Shown: positions 9,812-19,796, numbered from the stretch's first letter. The stretch: 64,000 bases of DNA from an uncultured Chloroflexia bacterium (GCA_963724295.1 CAVRUC010000010.1:224001-288000), one strand, 5' to 3'. Numbers and translations: made by a program. The notes: generated from the sequence alone by a model not told the origin.

Positions 9812-10819
9812 TTATCCTCTCCCCACGCGCCGGATGAACGCGGCGATCGCCAGCAGCATTCCCGCCACCGCCAGCCGTTGCCGCATTGGATGGAACTCGA
9901 ACGTCCGGGTGTACCCATTCCCCGGGATCGTGATGCGGTCGAACTCGCCGCGTACGGCGTAGGTACCCGCGGCCGGCGCGAAGAGGTTGTCGACGCCATC
10001 ATCCGGCCGGGTCGACTGCTGCATCTTGAACGCCAATCCGCCGATCGTCATCAGCCGGTCGAGCAGGCCCGGGCTCAGGCGCTGCAGGAGCAAGACACCC
10101 TTCGCCGCGCCGCCGACCACGATCTCGCGGGTCGGGTGCTCGGCCGCCCAGACGATCGCTTCGGCCACCGCGGCCGGTTCGTAGGCCGGGGGAGTCGGGC
10201 GCGGCAGCACGCCCAGCTTGGAGCGGGCGTGGTTGAAGAATGGTGTATTGATCCCGTAGGGAAGGATCGTCGTGACGGAGATGCCTGCTCGGTCGTGATC
10301 GAGCTCCATGCGCAGCGCCTCGGAGAACCCGACGATACCATGCTTCGCCGCGCTGTACGTCGCCAGCAACGGAACGGCTCGCCTCCCCGTTACGGAGGAG
10401 ATGTTGATCAGCGTGCCTCCCGTCCGGCGCAGATAGGGCAACGCCGCCTTCATGCCGTAGATCGTTCCCAGCAGGTCGACCTCGATGATGCGCCGTATCT
10501 CGTCGGTCGTCGTCTGCTCGACGGTGCTGTAGGTGGAGACGGCCGCACCGTTGACCCAGGTGTCGATACGGCCGAAATGGCTCGCGGCCTGGTCCGCCAC
10601 TCGTTGGATCTGTTCCGGGTCGGAGACATCGGCTGGAGCTACGAGTGCCCTGCCTCCCAGCGCCTCGACTTCTGCCGCCGTCTCCCGTAACGCCGCTTCG
10701 TTCCGGGCGACCAGTACGAGCGATGCGCCACGCCTCGCCAGCTGATGCGAGGTCTCCCGGCCGATCCCGGAAGACGCTCCTGTAATGACGATGACTTGTT
10801 CAGAAAGGGGTTGGGGCAT
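9812..10819 (-). CDS. SDR family oxidoreductase
   Basis: VITGASSGIG, INISS, YSAAK; ORF-track N-terminal extension looks spurious. Confidence 0.9.
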   Translation of the reverse strand: MPQPLSEQVIVITGASSGIGRETSHQLARRGASLVLVARNEAALRETAAEVEALGGRALVAPADVSDPEQIQRVADQAASHFGRIDTWVNGAAVSTYSTVEQTTTDEIRRIIEVDLLGTIYGMKAALPYLRRTGGTLINISSVTGRRAVPLLATYSAAKHGIVGFSEALRMELDHDRAGISVTTILPYGINTPFFNHARSKLGVLPRPTPPAYEPAAVAEAIVWAAEHPTREIVVGGAAKGVLLLQRLSPGLLDRLMTIGGLAFKMQQSTRPDDGVDNLFAPAAGTYAVRGEFDRITIPGNGYTRTFEFHPMRQRLAVAGMLLAIAAFIRRVGRG

Positions 10820-11003
10820 GGCGTGCCCTCGGTCCATGATGCCTGCGGTGCGCCGCGACACGGGCGTCTTGGCAAGCGTCGTGTCGTGAGCTTGCAGAAT
10901 CTCGTCGTCTGCGTCGGCCGCGACACCCGGGTCGCAATCGCTGTGCCAGCGGAACGGGACGCGCCGGCGGAACCGGCGCTTCTGGTTCAGGGAGCTACAG
11001 GGG

Positions 11004-11633
11004 CTACCGGGGCGAACGGCAGACGGACGACGTGCGGCTCTGCATCGTCTCGCCGTTGTGGCGCAGCACGATCGAGAAATGCTCGATCGCGTGCGTGGCA
11101 CGACCCTCGATCTGGCGCGGATCGACCGGGTCATACCAGACCATCTCGACAGTGACCGAGTACGTGGCACGCGCCAGCGGGAACCCTGCCAGCCAGCCTT
11201 GACCGTTGAAGTAGCTGGCGAGCCTGTCATTAGCCACCATGCGCGTCATCCCACTGCGACGCACCACATGCCAGATCCCGGTAGCTTCGTTCAGCGCCGA
11301 GACGGTCGCCCGCCAGCCGACCTGCTGTTCGTCGACTGCCTCGGTACGGTTGATCGCGAACATGATCGGCGGATTGACCCGTAACCAGGTCTCGCCGAGC
11401 GAATCGTGACCCGGCAGGACGATGTCGCAGACCGCTCCCGGGGAGTCATGCATGTCGGCCAGCCGGTGGCGCCCGGTCAGGCCCTCGTGGCCCTGCTCGA
11501 AATCCGCCCGGGCCACCGGCACGCCGGCGAAGAGCAGCGCGCCGCAGACCAACGCGGCCAGCCGAAACGTGGCTGGCCGCCGGTCCCGGCGGCGTACCTT
11601 CGATTCGCTGGAAACCGTACACTTGCCGTTCAT
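11004..11633 (-). CDS. Secreted hypothetical protein
   Basis: Signal-like LAALVCGALLFAGVPVARA; globular mature part with a Cys pair. Confidence 0.6.
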   Translation of the reverse strand: MNGKCTVSSESKVRRRDRRPATFRLAALVCGALLFAGVPVARADFEQGHEGLTGRHRLADMHDSPGAVCDIVLPGHDSLGETWLRVNPPIMFAINRTEAVDEQQVGWRATVSALNEATGIWHVVRRSGMTRMVANDRLASYFNGQGWLAGFPLARATYSVTVEMVWYDPVDPRQIEGRATHAIEHFSIVLRHNGETMQSRTSSVCRSPR

Positions 11634-11848
11634 CGCGCCGGGGAGCCGATCTGTCGATCGATGCGCTCAACGAACCGCGTCCGGGTGCGGAATACACCGT
11701 ACCACGGGTGTGGGGGCATTCACGGAGCGCTGTGTTGCGAACGACCGCGCCGCGAAGAAGGCGTCACGCCGAGGCACGCTGCCTCTCGTCTTGAATCGCT
11801 TGCCCGCTGGCGGAGAACCGGGATCTTCCTGGCTGAGGAGTTGTAACG

Positions 11849-12964
11849 ATGCGCGGGAAATCGGCCATCCTCGACGGTCCTGAGGGGGCGTTTGTCGTCG
11901 CCGAGGCGGATGTCCCCGATCCCGACCCGAACGGGCTGCTGGTGCGACAGGAGCTGTGCGGGATCTGTGGCACCGACGCCTATGTCTATCGCGGCGGCCT
12001 GCCCGGGGTGACCTTTCCCATCGTGCTCGGTCACGAGACGGTGGGCGTCGTCGAGCAGCTCGGCGCGAATGTCCGGGAGGACAGCACCGGGCGCCCTCTG
12101 GCCGCGGGTGATCGCGTCTACATCCAACCGGGCATGTCCTGCCGGCAGTGTCTCTACTGCGTGGTTCACCAGCAGCCGACGCTCTGCCTGAAGCGGCGGG
12201 GCTATGGCTTCCGCCCGCTCAAAGACGCGCCGCCTGATTTCCAGGGCGGCTTCAGCCAGTACCTCAATCTCGTCCCCGGCTCGACCTATCTCAAGATGGA
12301 CACCGACGCCGCCACCGCCGTCGTGCTCGAGCCGCTGACCATCGGGCTGCATCAGGTGAGCCGGGTGAGCATGCCGGTCGGGTCGACCGCCGTCATCCAG
12401 GGAGCTGGCGCCATCGGTATTCTGACGCTGGTCGCTGCCCGCGAGGCCGGCGCGCTGCGCACGATCGTGGTCGGCGCGCCGGACTCTCGTCTGGAGCTGG
12501 CGAAGACCTTCGGCGCCGATCTCACCATCAGCATCGACGAGGTGCCCGATCCCGCCGAGCGGGTGCGCCTGGTACGGGAGGAGACGCCGGGCGGTTACGG
12601 CGCGGACATCGTCTTCGAATGCACCGGGGTGCCAGCGTCACTCCCGGAAGGACTCGATATGCTGCGCCGGGGCGGCACGTATGTCGAAGCCGGGCATTAC
12701 ACCGATCACGGCGACGTGGCGCTCAATCCGTTTCGTCACATGGTCCACAAGCAGATCACCCTGGTGGCTGTCTGGGGCGCCGACACTCCCCACTTCGTGG
12801 CCGGCCGGGCGCTGATCGAGTCAGGCAAGTACCCCTTTGCCGATCTCGTCTCCCACCGCCTGCCACTGCACCGGGTCGCGGATGGAGTCGCGGCCATCGG
12901 CGGCACCTACCGGCTCGACGGCAAGGAGATCCGCAAGGTGGCCGTCGCCGCGCACGATGCCTGA
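11849..12964 (+). CDS. Zinc-binding (MDR) alcohol dehydrogenase
   Basis: CGICGTD, LGHE, CxxCxxC..C, GAGAIG, FECTG. Confidence 0.92.
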   Translation: MRGKSAILDGPEGAFVVAEADVPDPDPNGLLVRQELCGICGTDAYVYRGGLPGVTFPIVLGHETVGVVEQLGANVREDSTGRPLAAGDRVYIQPGMSCRQCLYCVVHQQPTLCLKRRGYGFRPLKDAPPDFQGGFSQYLNLVPGSTYLKMDTDAATAVVLEPLTIGLHQVSRVSMPVGSTAVIQGAGAIGILTLVAAREAGALRTIVVGAPDSRLELAKTFGADLTISIDEVPDPAERVRLVREETPGGYGADIVFECTGVPASLPEGLDMLRRGGTYVEAGHYTDHGDVALNPFRHMVHKQITLVAVWGADTPHFVAGRALIESGKYPFADLVSHRLPLHRVADGVAAIGGTYRLDGKEIRKVAVAAHDA

Positions 12965-13002
12965 ACGGAGTCGCAGGTCGGAGGTCGGAAGTCGGAAGTG
13001 GG

Positions 13003-13581
13003 ATGTTGAGCGAAGAGAGGCGAAAGTACGGCGGCGAAGCTGTCGCGGCGGCGGCAGACCCCGCGACCTGGGAGATCTGGCCGGCTCCGGAGGGACATCG
13101 CGAGGTCCTCTACCAGCGCTTCCCCGAATTCACCTGTCTTTGCCCGCGCTCGGAGTACCCGGATTTCGCGACCGTCCATCTGGTTACCATCCCGGACCGC
13201 AAGGTGCTGGAGCTGAAGCACCTCAAGCTCTGGCTGAACAGCTTCCGCGACCGCGCCATCTCTCATGAGCTGGCCACGGCGGAGATCGTCGATACCCTCG
13301 CTCGGACGCTCGAGCTGTCATACGCCTTCATCCTCATGGAGTACACCCCACGCGGCAATCTGCTGACCGTGCCGATGATCGAGTACCGTCACCCGCATCT
13401 CTCCAGTCTGGCGGAGGAGGACCGATTGACTGTGGCCCTGGCAAACGCCACGCGGGTACGCGATCGGCTGATCGATCTCGCGGTCGCGACGCGCCAAGCC
13501 GTAGGGCGAGCGTGGCTAGGGTGGCAGGGAGAACGACGTCTGGATTCCCCGCCACCCTGCCACCACGAGCGAAGCGAGTAA
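13003..13581 (+). CDS. queF: 7-cyano-7-deazaguanine reductase (preQ1 synthase, type I QueF) with C-terminal extension
   Basis: PEFTCLCP..YPDFA, QueF motif ELKHLKLW, SHE, PRG; the ORF end runs into repeat DNA. Confidence 0.8.
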   Translation: MLSEERRKYGGEAVAAAADPATWEIWPAPEGHREVLYQRFPEFTCLCPRSEYPDFATVHLVTIPDRKVLELKHLKLWLNSFRDRAISHELATAEIVDTLARTLELSYAFILMEYTPRGNLLTVPMIEYRHPHLSSLAEEDRLTVALANATRVRDRLIDLAVATRQAVGRAWLGWQGERRLDSPPPCHHERSE

Positions 13582-13640
13582 CCACCCCATCACCGTGAGC
13601 GTAGCGAACAACCACCGTGAGCGCAGCGAACCCTCGCCCT
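13510..13640 (+). repeat. Composite repeat: octamer arrays plus three GAGCGNAGCGA cores
   Basis: gagcgaagcga, gagcgtagcga and gagcgcagcga spaced by ACCACC/CCATCACC units. Confidence 0.7.
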
Positions 13641-13660
13641 TCGTTAGCAAGGAGCCGCAG

Positions 13661-14017
13661 ATGGATACCGCGACCGCCGAGACGCTGGCCACGATCGAGC
13701 GCTTCAACGACGCTTTCAACCGGCACGACGTCGACGCCGTGATGGCGCTCATGACCGACGACGTCGTCTTCGAGAACACCTCCCCGCCGCCCGACGGCGA
13801 GCGGCATCAGGGGCAGGCGGCGGTGCGCGCCTTCTGGGAGACCTTCTTCGCGGGATCGCCGCGGGCGCATTTCGCGGCCGAGGACACCTTCGCCGCCGGC
13901 GACCGTTGCACGGTCCGCTGGCGCTACTCCTGGGGCGACGGCTCTATCCGCGGCGTCGACGTTTTCCGCGTCCGGGATGGCAAAGTCGCCGAGAAGCTTT
14001 CCTATGTGAAGGGCTGA
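13661..14017 (+). CDS. SnoaL-like / NTF2 family protein
   Basis: FNDAFNRHDVDAVMALMTDD..RGVDVFRVRDGKVAEKLSY; RBS AAGGAG. Confidence 0.85.
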   Translation: MDTATAETLATIERFNDAFNRHDVDAVMALMTDDVVFENTSPPPDGERHQGQAAVRAFWETFFAGSPRAHFAAEDTFAAGDRCTVRWRYSWGDGSIRGVDVFRVRDGKVAEKLSYVKG

Positions 14018-14194
14018 TGCGAAGAGCGGCCGTTACGCCCTCTCCATGAGGGTGCCTTCACCGCCAGCCAGAAGCTCCACGACTTCTCCCTACGCCTTCA
14101 GCGTGCTCTTCGCACCCCTCTTGACAAGGGGGGACGTTGGCCGGAAGATGAACGAGGGTCGCGATCGCGGCCCTCTCAGTTCGTCGAATCGCGG

Positions 14195-14762
14195 ATGGTG
14201 CTCGTGGAACCCCGCTGTTCTGGTGCCCGCAATGCACCAATTTCCTCGGCTCTGCAGTCGCGCCGCAGCGCGCTGCGGCGTCTTTGCGGCGCTGTCGCGG
14301 TACTGCTCGCGGCACCCGCCGCCTCTGGCCGCCCCGCGTCCGCCCAGGAGATGACAGACCCTGGGCCCGGTCGGTGGCAGACCGGAGACAAAGAGGTTGT
14401 CGTCTCGCTCGGGGCGCAACGCCTCTGGGCCTACGAAGGTACGGCTGCCCATCCTCGCCACCTTCGTCAGCACCGGCACCGCCGACACGCCGGAAGTGGT
14501 GACGCCGATTGGGCAATGGCGCATCCTGGTCAAGTTGCCGATGGAGACCATGACTGGAACGGTCAACGGCGAGCCGTACCAGGTCGAGGATGTCCCCTAC
14601 GTGATGTATTTCACCGACGAGGGGCACGCGCTGCACGGCACCTACTGGCACAACAACTTCGGTGCCCCGATGAGTCACGGCTGCGTCAATCTGCCCATGG
14701 ACGTGGCCGAGTGGATGTACCGCTGGGCGCCGGAGTGGACCGCCGTCACTATTATCCCCTGA
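14195..14762 (+). CDS. L,D-transpeptidase (YkuD domain); frameshift ~14443
   Basis: VVVSLGAQRLWAYEG | FVSTG..TPIG..ALHGTYWHNNFGAPMSHGCVNL; SRR-type leader. Confidence 0.8.
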
Positions 14763-14770
14763 CCCGCTGC

Positions 14771-15184
14771 TCACTTCACTCGAAATCTGTTGCGGCTAAC
14801 GCTACCCCGGGAGTCCGGCGCTGCGAGAGGAGTGTCTACCCCTTCCAAAGCAGCGTGTACACGCGCTCGGCGACGAGCAGCCCGACGACCGCCACAAAGA
14901 CCGATGGTCCCAGCCACCTCCAGGTGCGTTGCGGCACGATGACCTGCCAGAGGAGTACGCCGATGGCGAGGGCCAACGTCGGCAGCAGGAGCCGGGGGTG
15001 CTGCCAGTAAATATTCGGGAAGAACTGGTAGAGGGAGCCCGTCAGCGAGCAGGGTTGGCTCGGCCGTCTTGGCCGCATCCGGAAGGATGCCGCGCAGGAT
15101 TGGTAGCGGCTTGAAGACGTTAGCTGACCCTGGCCGGCACGGAGGAGACCCTGCTGAAGGCTCCGGCGTGGTCCTGGCGGGCAA
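14771..15184 (-). CDS. Possible small membrane protein or fragment (frame uncertain)
   Basis: Two TM-like segments in ORF 14836-15078; no clear start. Confidence 0.3.
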   Translation of the reverse strand: MPARTTPEPSAGSPPCRPGSANVFKPLPILRGILPDAAKTAEPTLLADGLPLPVLPEYLLAAPPAPAADVGPRHRRTPLAGHRAATHLEVAGTIGLCGGRRAARRRARVHAALEGVDTPLAAPDSRGSVSRNRFRVK

Positions 15185-15230
15185 TCAGACGACGCGAACT
15201 GCCCGGTGGCGCTCGCCCGGAAAGCCCGTG

Positions 15231-17849
15231 CTAGAGGCTGAAGCGCGCGACGTAGAACGTGATCGTGACCAGACAGACGAGGGGGTACACCACTCGCGCC
15301 GCGGTATCCAGCCGGGTCACCGCCTTGAAGCGTCTCCCCTTGTACAACCGCTCGATCGTGATGTTGATGAACACGAGCGCGGCGGAGAGGGCGACGTAGA
15401 CGAAGTAGACCCCCTCGATGGCTACGGTGTACCCGACATCCAGCGGTCCGGTCACGCTCTCCAGCAGCACGGAGGCGGTCAGGATCGAGGTCACCGCGAA
15501 CCCGACGCGCGTGCCGGCCTGATCGGGCGCCAAGAAGAGCGACAAATAGGTCACCAGCGCAAGTAACCCCAACGGCAGCAGGTTCTTCAGCAGAAAGCCG
15601 CGCACGTCGCGCTGCATGGTGATCTCGGTGACGAACTTGGAGAACTGGACGTACGCATTGGCGTTGCCACCCTCCGCGCTTTGCACCGAGCGGCCGGTGG
15701 TGGCCTCGGAGACGAACTCGACCTGAGAGGCCTCCCAGTTGGACACGTTGTTGAACGGCTGGGCCAGATCCGACCCGCTGCGCAAGCGCACGTCCTGCGG
15801 CTGCGCGGTGATCGCCGGACTCGGCACGTAGACGACGTCATCGGCTTGCAGCGCCACGTTCTGGACCACGATCCGCAGGATATGGCGGTCCCAGGGGTAG
15901 TCGTGGAAATCGAGGGGTTGGGTGAACGTCCGCTGGACGCGGTACATGCGGTAGGTGGTCCCGTCCGCGTCGGTCCGTTCCTCCAGTGGTTTCTCGAGCT
16001 TCAACCGCGGTTTGGTGGCGTTGGGGAAGAAGACGTCGGTCAATGCCGGGTCGTCCTCCGGCGCCTGAAACCAGAGGAAGAAATCGACGAGGAACGACTC
16101 GTTTGTGACATCCAGGTCCCGGATCTCGTTGATGTCGATGCCGACGTCGACGATGGGATACCGGCGCAGGAGCCACCCGTCGACCGCAATGGCGCGACCA
16201 CTATCGAGGTCGGCCGCCGCGTCATCGTGGGAAGAATCGGCATCGAGACGGTATTGCCACGGGGCGCTGGCTAGGTGACGGCCGGTGAAGCGACCAACGG
16301 AAAACGCCTGAGGGACGGAACGGGTCTCATCGAAGAATAGGGGACCGCTCAGGCCACGCAGCGCCACATCGCTCCCGTTGACCGCGGCCAGGGCATCGCG
16401 CACCGCCGTGCGGTCCGCCGTGACGGCGCTGGGGTCGCCGTCGAGCGCCGCTACAGAGAGGGCGTGGATGGCCATCGTCGCGGCGTCGTACGCCTTGGCC
16501 GCCTGCCAGGAGGGCCAGACGCCGTAGGTGTCGTGGTAGAGCCGGGCGAATGCGAGCGCGTCGCCGCCGATGGCGTCGTAGATCATCGGTGCCGCGGCGT
16601 ACATCCCCTCTGTGAAGTACCCCGGTTGCTCCTGTTCCTCCGGCTCACCCGCGAACAGCTCGGCGAATCCTTCTTCGCCCAGGGCGTCGCCGCCAATGAG
16701 TGGCGGTGACAGCCCCGCGCGGCGGATGGCGGGCAGCAGGTCCCGCGCGTCCTCCTGCTGTAGGCAGATCACGACGATGCCGCGATCTGGATCGGCGGCC
16801 AGCGCATCGACGATGGACCGAATCGACGCCTCGCGTTTGTCCCGGTCGAGCTCAAAGGTCTCCTTGACCGTGCCAGCCTCGGAGAACGCCGTCGTGAACG
16901 CCGAGGACAGCGACTGCTCGTAGGGACGCGTCGTGGTGACGACGGAGGCGGTGTCGTGGCCCAGGATGTCGCGGACGTACGTTGCAAGCAGCGTGCCTTG
17001 GAAGCTATTGGTGAAGATCGTCCGGAAGTACCAAGGGTTGTCCGTCAGCGCATCAGCCGTTGCTGAGCCGCTGATGGCGGGTATGCCGGCCTCGCGATAG
17101 ACCTCGCTGGCCGCGATTGAGGGCGCCGAGGTACGGTGGCCGAGCACCAGGAGCGGGCGAGCGTCGGCGACGATTTCGGCCGCCCTCTCTCGTGCGATCT
17201 CCGGATCACCCTGGTCGTCGTAGCGCAGCAGCGCGATCTGACGACCGTCGATGCCGCCCGCGGCGTTCACCCGCGCGATCGCCAGGTCGGCGGCGTTGGC
17301 CATCTCGATACCGAGCCGGCTCCCTGGGCCGCTGAGCGGCCCGGCGGCAGCGAAGTACCACCGCTCGGGCGGCTGCGACGAGACCGCCAGGAAGGCGGTG
17401 GCGGCCACCAGCGCCACCAGGAGGACGACGAGCAGCGCCCAGCGCCAGCGGAACCACCGGGCGCCTGCCGCCAACAGGCTGGACGGGCGCGGCCTGGGGA
17501 GACGCGGGACGATCCGGGGACGCAGCTCGAGGTCGGCCAGCTCGGGCGGCAAGGGCGGCGCGCCGATGTCGGTCAATTCGTTGGGCATCACCGGCGTGAC
17601 GTCGAGCATCCGTTTGCGGCTGGCGACGCCGATGCTGTCCGGGTTGATGCTGACCGCGCGGTCGAGGGCGTAGCGCTTTTCGGCGGGGTCGTCGGTGACC
17701 GCGGTGAACCAGAGCCAGCCGAGCTCGCTCTCTGGGTCGATCAGGAGCGCTTGGGCGAACAGCCGCAGCGCCTCGTCGCTGTTACCCGCGTGATATGCGG
17801 CTATCCCACGATTGAGCAGCGCGATCGGCGACGCTGGCGGTTGCTCCAC
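15231..17849 (-). CDS. Pentameric ligand-gated ion channel fusion: TPR - TM - type I periplasmic binding domain - pLGIC ECD - 4 TM
   Basis: TPR LLNRGIAAYHAG..DPESELGWLW; TM WALLVVLLVALVAATAFLAV; LIVBP GPLSG..NAAGGIDG..DDQGDP; ECD VDVGIDINEI..DFFLWF..DFHDYPWDRH; pre-M1 R, M1 KNLLP, M2 RVGFAVTSILT, GYTVAIE, M4 LDTAARVVYP; GTG start after GGGAGA. Confidence 0.85.
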   Translation of the reverse strand: MEQPPASPIALLNRGIAAYHAGNSDEALRLFAQALLIDPESELGWLWFTAVTDDPAEKRYALDRAVSINPDSIGVASRKRMLDVTPVMPNELTDIGAPPLPPELADLELRPRIVPRLPRPRPSSLLAAGARWFRWRWALLVVLLVALVAATAFLAVSSQPPERWYFAAAGPLSGPGSRLGIEMANAADLAIARVNAAGGIDGRQIALLRYDDQGDPEIARERAAEIVADARPLLVLGHRTSAPSIAASEVYREAGIPAISGSATADALTDNPWYFRTIFTNSFQGTLLATYVRDILGHDTASVVTTTRPYEQSLSSAFTTAFSEAGTVKETFELDRDKREASIRSIVDALAADPDRGIVVICLQQEDARDLLPAIRRAGLSPPLIGGDALGEEGFAELFAGEPEEQEQPGYFTEGMYAAAPMIYDAIGGDALAFARLYHDTYGVWPSWQAAKAYDAATMAIHALSVAALDGDPSAVTADRTAVRDALAAVNGSDVALRGLSGPLFFDETRSVPQAFSVGRFTGRHLASAPWQYRLDADSSHDDAAADLDSGRAIAVDGWLLRRYPIVDVGIDINEIRDLDVTNESFLVDFFLWFQAPEDDPALTDVFFPNATKPRLKLEKPLEERTDADGTTYRMYRVQRTFTQPLDFHDYPWDRHILRIVVQNVALQADDVVYVPSPAITAQPQDVRLRSGSDLAQPFNNVSNWEASQVEFVSEATTGRSVQSAEGGNANAYVQFSKFVTEITMQRDVRGFLLKNLLPLGLLALVTYLSLFLAPDQAGTRVGFAVTSILTASVLLESVTGPLDVGYTVAIEGVYFVYVALSAALVFINITIERLYKGRRFKAVTRLDTAARVVYPLVCLVTITFYVARFSL

Positions 17850-18077
17850 TGTTCTCCCGCGCTCGCCGCTAGGTTTCGGCAGAATATAGTCCGCTCGGCA
17901 GACTCGAAAGGGGCCAAGATCCGGGGAAGGATAGCGTGCGACGCGCCGCATCGCCGCAGGCAACGAGGCAATCGATCCTAACTGTTCCTGCGTGTCCTGA
18001 GGAGCGAAATTGACAGTGGACCAAGCTCAAGCCATGAGCGAAAGCACCTGTGACGAGGTCACTACGGCGGCGCAGGC

Positions 18078-19381
18078 CTACGTTGCATCGGACTGATGGA
18101 TCCCGAACGATCGGTGTTTCCCAGGCGCGCGCTGCGGCGCCAGCTCCGTACTCGGCAGCAGCTCGGGGGCGTTTGGGGCGGCCGTTTGTAGACGGCTCGC
18201 GTACCACCGCGCCAACGGCGCCGCCGTCAGCGCGTGCAAGAGCACGCTCAAGGCAATGGCCCACCCCGCCATCGCGGCGAGCGTGCCCACCTCCTGCGCC
18301 GACTCGTGCAGCGCCTCGACGGCGATCAGCGTGAAGACGACCGACGCCAGGCCCCGCGGCCCCAACCAACCCATCAACAGCACCGTGTCCGGCCGTAGAC
18401 CCGACCCGATCATGGCGATTGCCACCGGCCCCATGCGCACCGCCGTCAGGGCCAGGACGGCGAAGACGAAGGCGCGGGCATCGAACGCTCGCAGCAGCGG
18501 CGCGACCAATGTGGCGCCGAAGATTATCCAAACGAACGTCGACAGGACAGTGCCGACCTCCTCAGTGAACTCCGTCGCCTCGCCCAATCGGTAGCGCGTC
18601 GCGGCTCCGAAGGCGAGGCCGCCGACGAACGCGGCGATGAAGCCGTTGCCGCCGACCGCGAGCGCGGCCCCGTAGACGCCGAGTGCCAGCGCCAGGTTGC
18701 CGACCCGCTGGGCGGTGGCCGTGGTCCACCGGTGCGCGACGGCGGCTCGCGAAGAGCCAGCCGCCAACGAGCCCGCCCACCACGCCGACGAGCAGCCCCC
18801 AGCCGATGCCTGACAGCGCGCCAAGCAGCCAGCCCTGGGCCGCTTGCTGCTCCTCGATCGCCAGCGCGAGGAACAATGTCACCAGCGGGGTGGCGATCCC
18901 GTCGTTCAGCCCGCTCTCGATGTTCAGCGCCCGGCGGATCCGCACCGGCACGCGACGATCGGTGAAGATCGGCAGCCCCAACGCGGCGTCGGTCGGAGCC
19001 AGGATGGCGCCGATCAAAAGCGCGAAGCCGAGCCCTTCGCCTGGGAAACAACCCGAACGCCGCCGCGCCGCCCAGGAGCACAGTCAGGGGCATGCCGATC
19101 AGCAGGAGCCGCGCTGGCAGCCCGGTGTCCTTTCGCACCTCGCCCAGGTCGAGCGTGGCGGCGTCGGCGAACAGCAGCAGGGCCAGCGTAGTCTCGGTGA
19201 TGCGCTCCACGTCGGCGGCCGTGACCGAGACGTCGATGAATCCGAGCACACCGGGACCGACGACCGCCCCCGCCAGGACGAGCACCAGTGGCATCGTCAC
19301 CGAGAAGCGCCCGAGCCACGCGGCAAAGGCGGTGCAGAGGACGACGATAGGCAGGACCAGCGCCCAGTCCTGTGCGCTCAC
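18078..19381 (-). CDS. Cation:proton antiporter (CPA1/NhaP-like); frameshifts ~19040 and ~18750
   Basis: TLALLLFADA, ILAPTDAALG, LNIESGLNDG, GNGFIAAFVGG, GWLGPRGLAS spread over three frames. Confidence 0.85.
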
Positions 19382-19499
19382 CGTCTCAATCCCTCGGTAT
19401 TCGCAGTTCCCACCGCCTCGGATGACCCTGCGGGTGCCCCCGGCGCTGTCGCCCAGGCCGGGGTTGATCCTACAGCAGCATTAACCACCATCGGGATAG

Positions 19500-19796
19500 T
19501 TATGGGAACGGATTGCTTCTGGCGCGCCGGACGAGGTGCAGGATGACGAGCAACACGAGTGCCCCGATTACGGCCACAATGAAGCTGCCGATGGTCCAGG
19601 CGAACGGGGTCTCCCGCCCGGTCAGCAGGCTAAAGAGCAAGCCGCCCAAAACGGCGCCAATGATGCCGACGATGATGTTTTCGAGTTCGACATCATCCCA
19701 GCCATGCTCCTGGGCGATGCCGGCGATCATGGTGGCGACCCACCCAGCCAGGGTGCCAAAGATGATCCAGGAGAGGATGCCCCGTTCGCTGTCCAT
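19500..19796 (-). CDS. GlsB/YeaQ/YmgE family membrane protein
   Basis: ILSWIIFGTLAGWVA..NIIVGIIGAVLGG..SFIVAVIGALVLL. Confidence 0.85.
   Translation of the reverse strand: MDSERGILSWIIFGTLAGWVATMIAGIAQEHGWDDVELENIIVGIIGAVLGGLLFSLLTGRETPFAWTIGSFIVAVIGALVLLVILHLVRRARSNPFP

Noticed and set aside
9812..11230. Long N-terminal extensions in the ORF track (SDR 472 aa, ATPase 941 aa, QueF 320 aa, S8 511 aa)
   Set aside because: The extensions overlap other genes or are Arg/Pro-rich noise; downstream starts match family N-termini, so these are not fusions
12965..13002. preQ1 riboswitch upstream of queF
   Set aside because: The spacer is a GGAAGTC heptamer array with no P1 stem or A-rich tail
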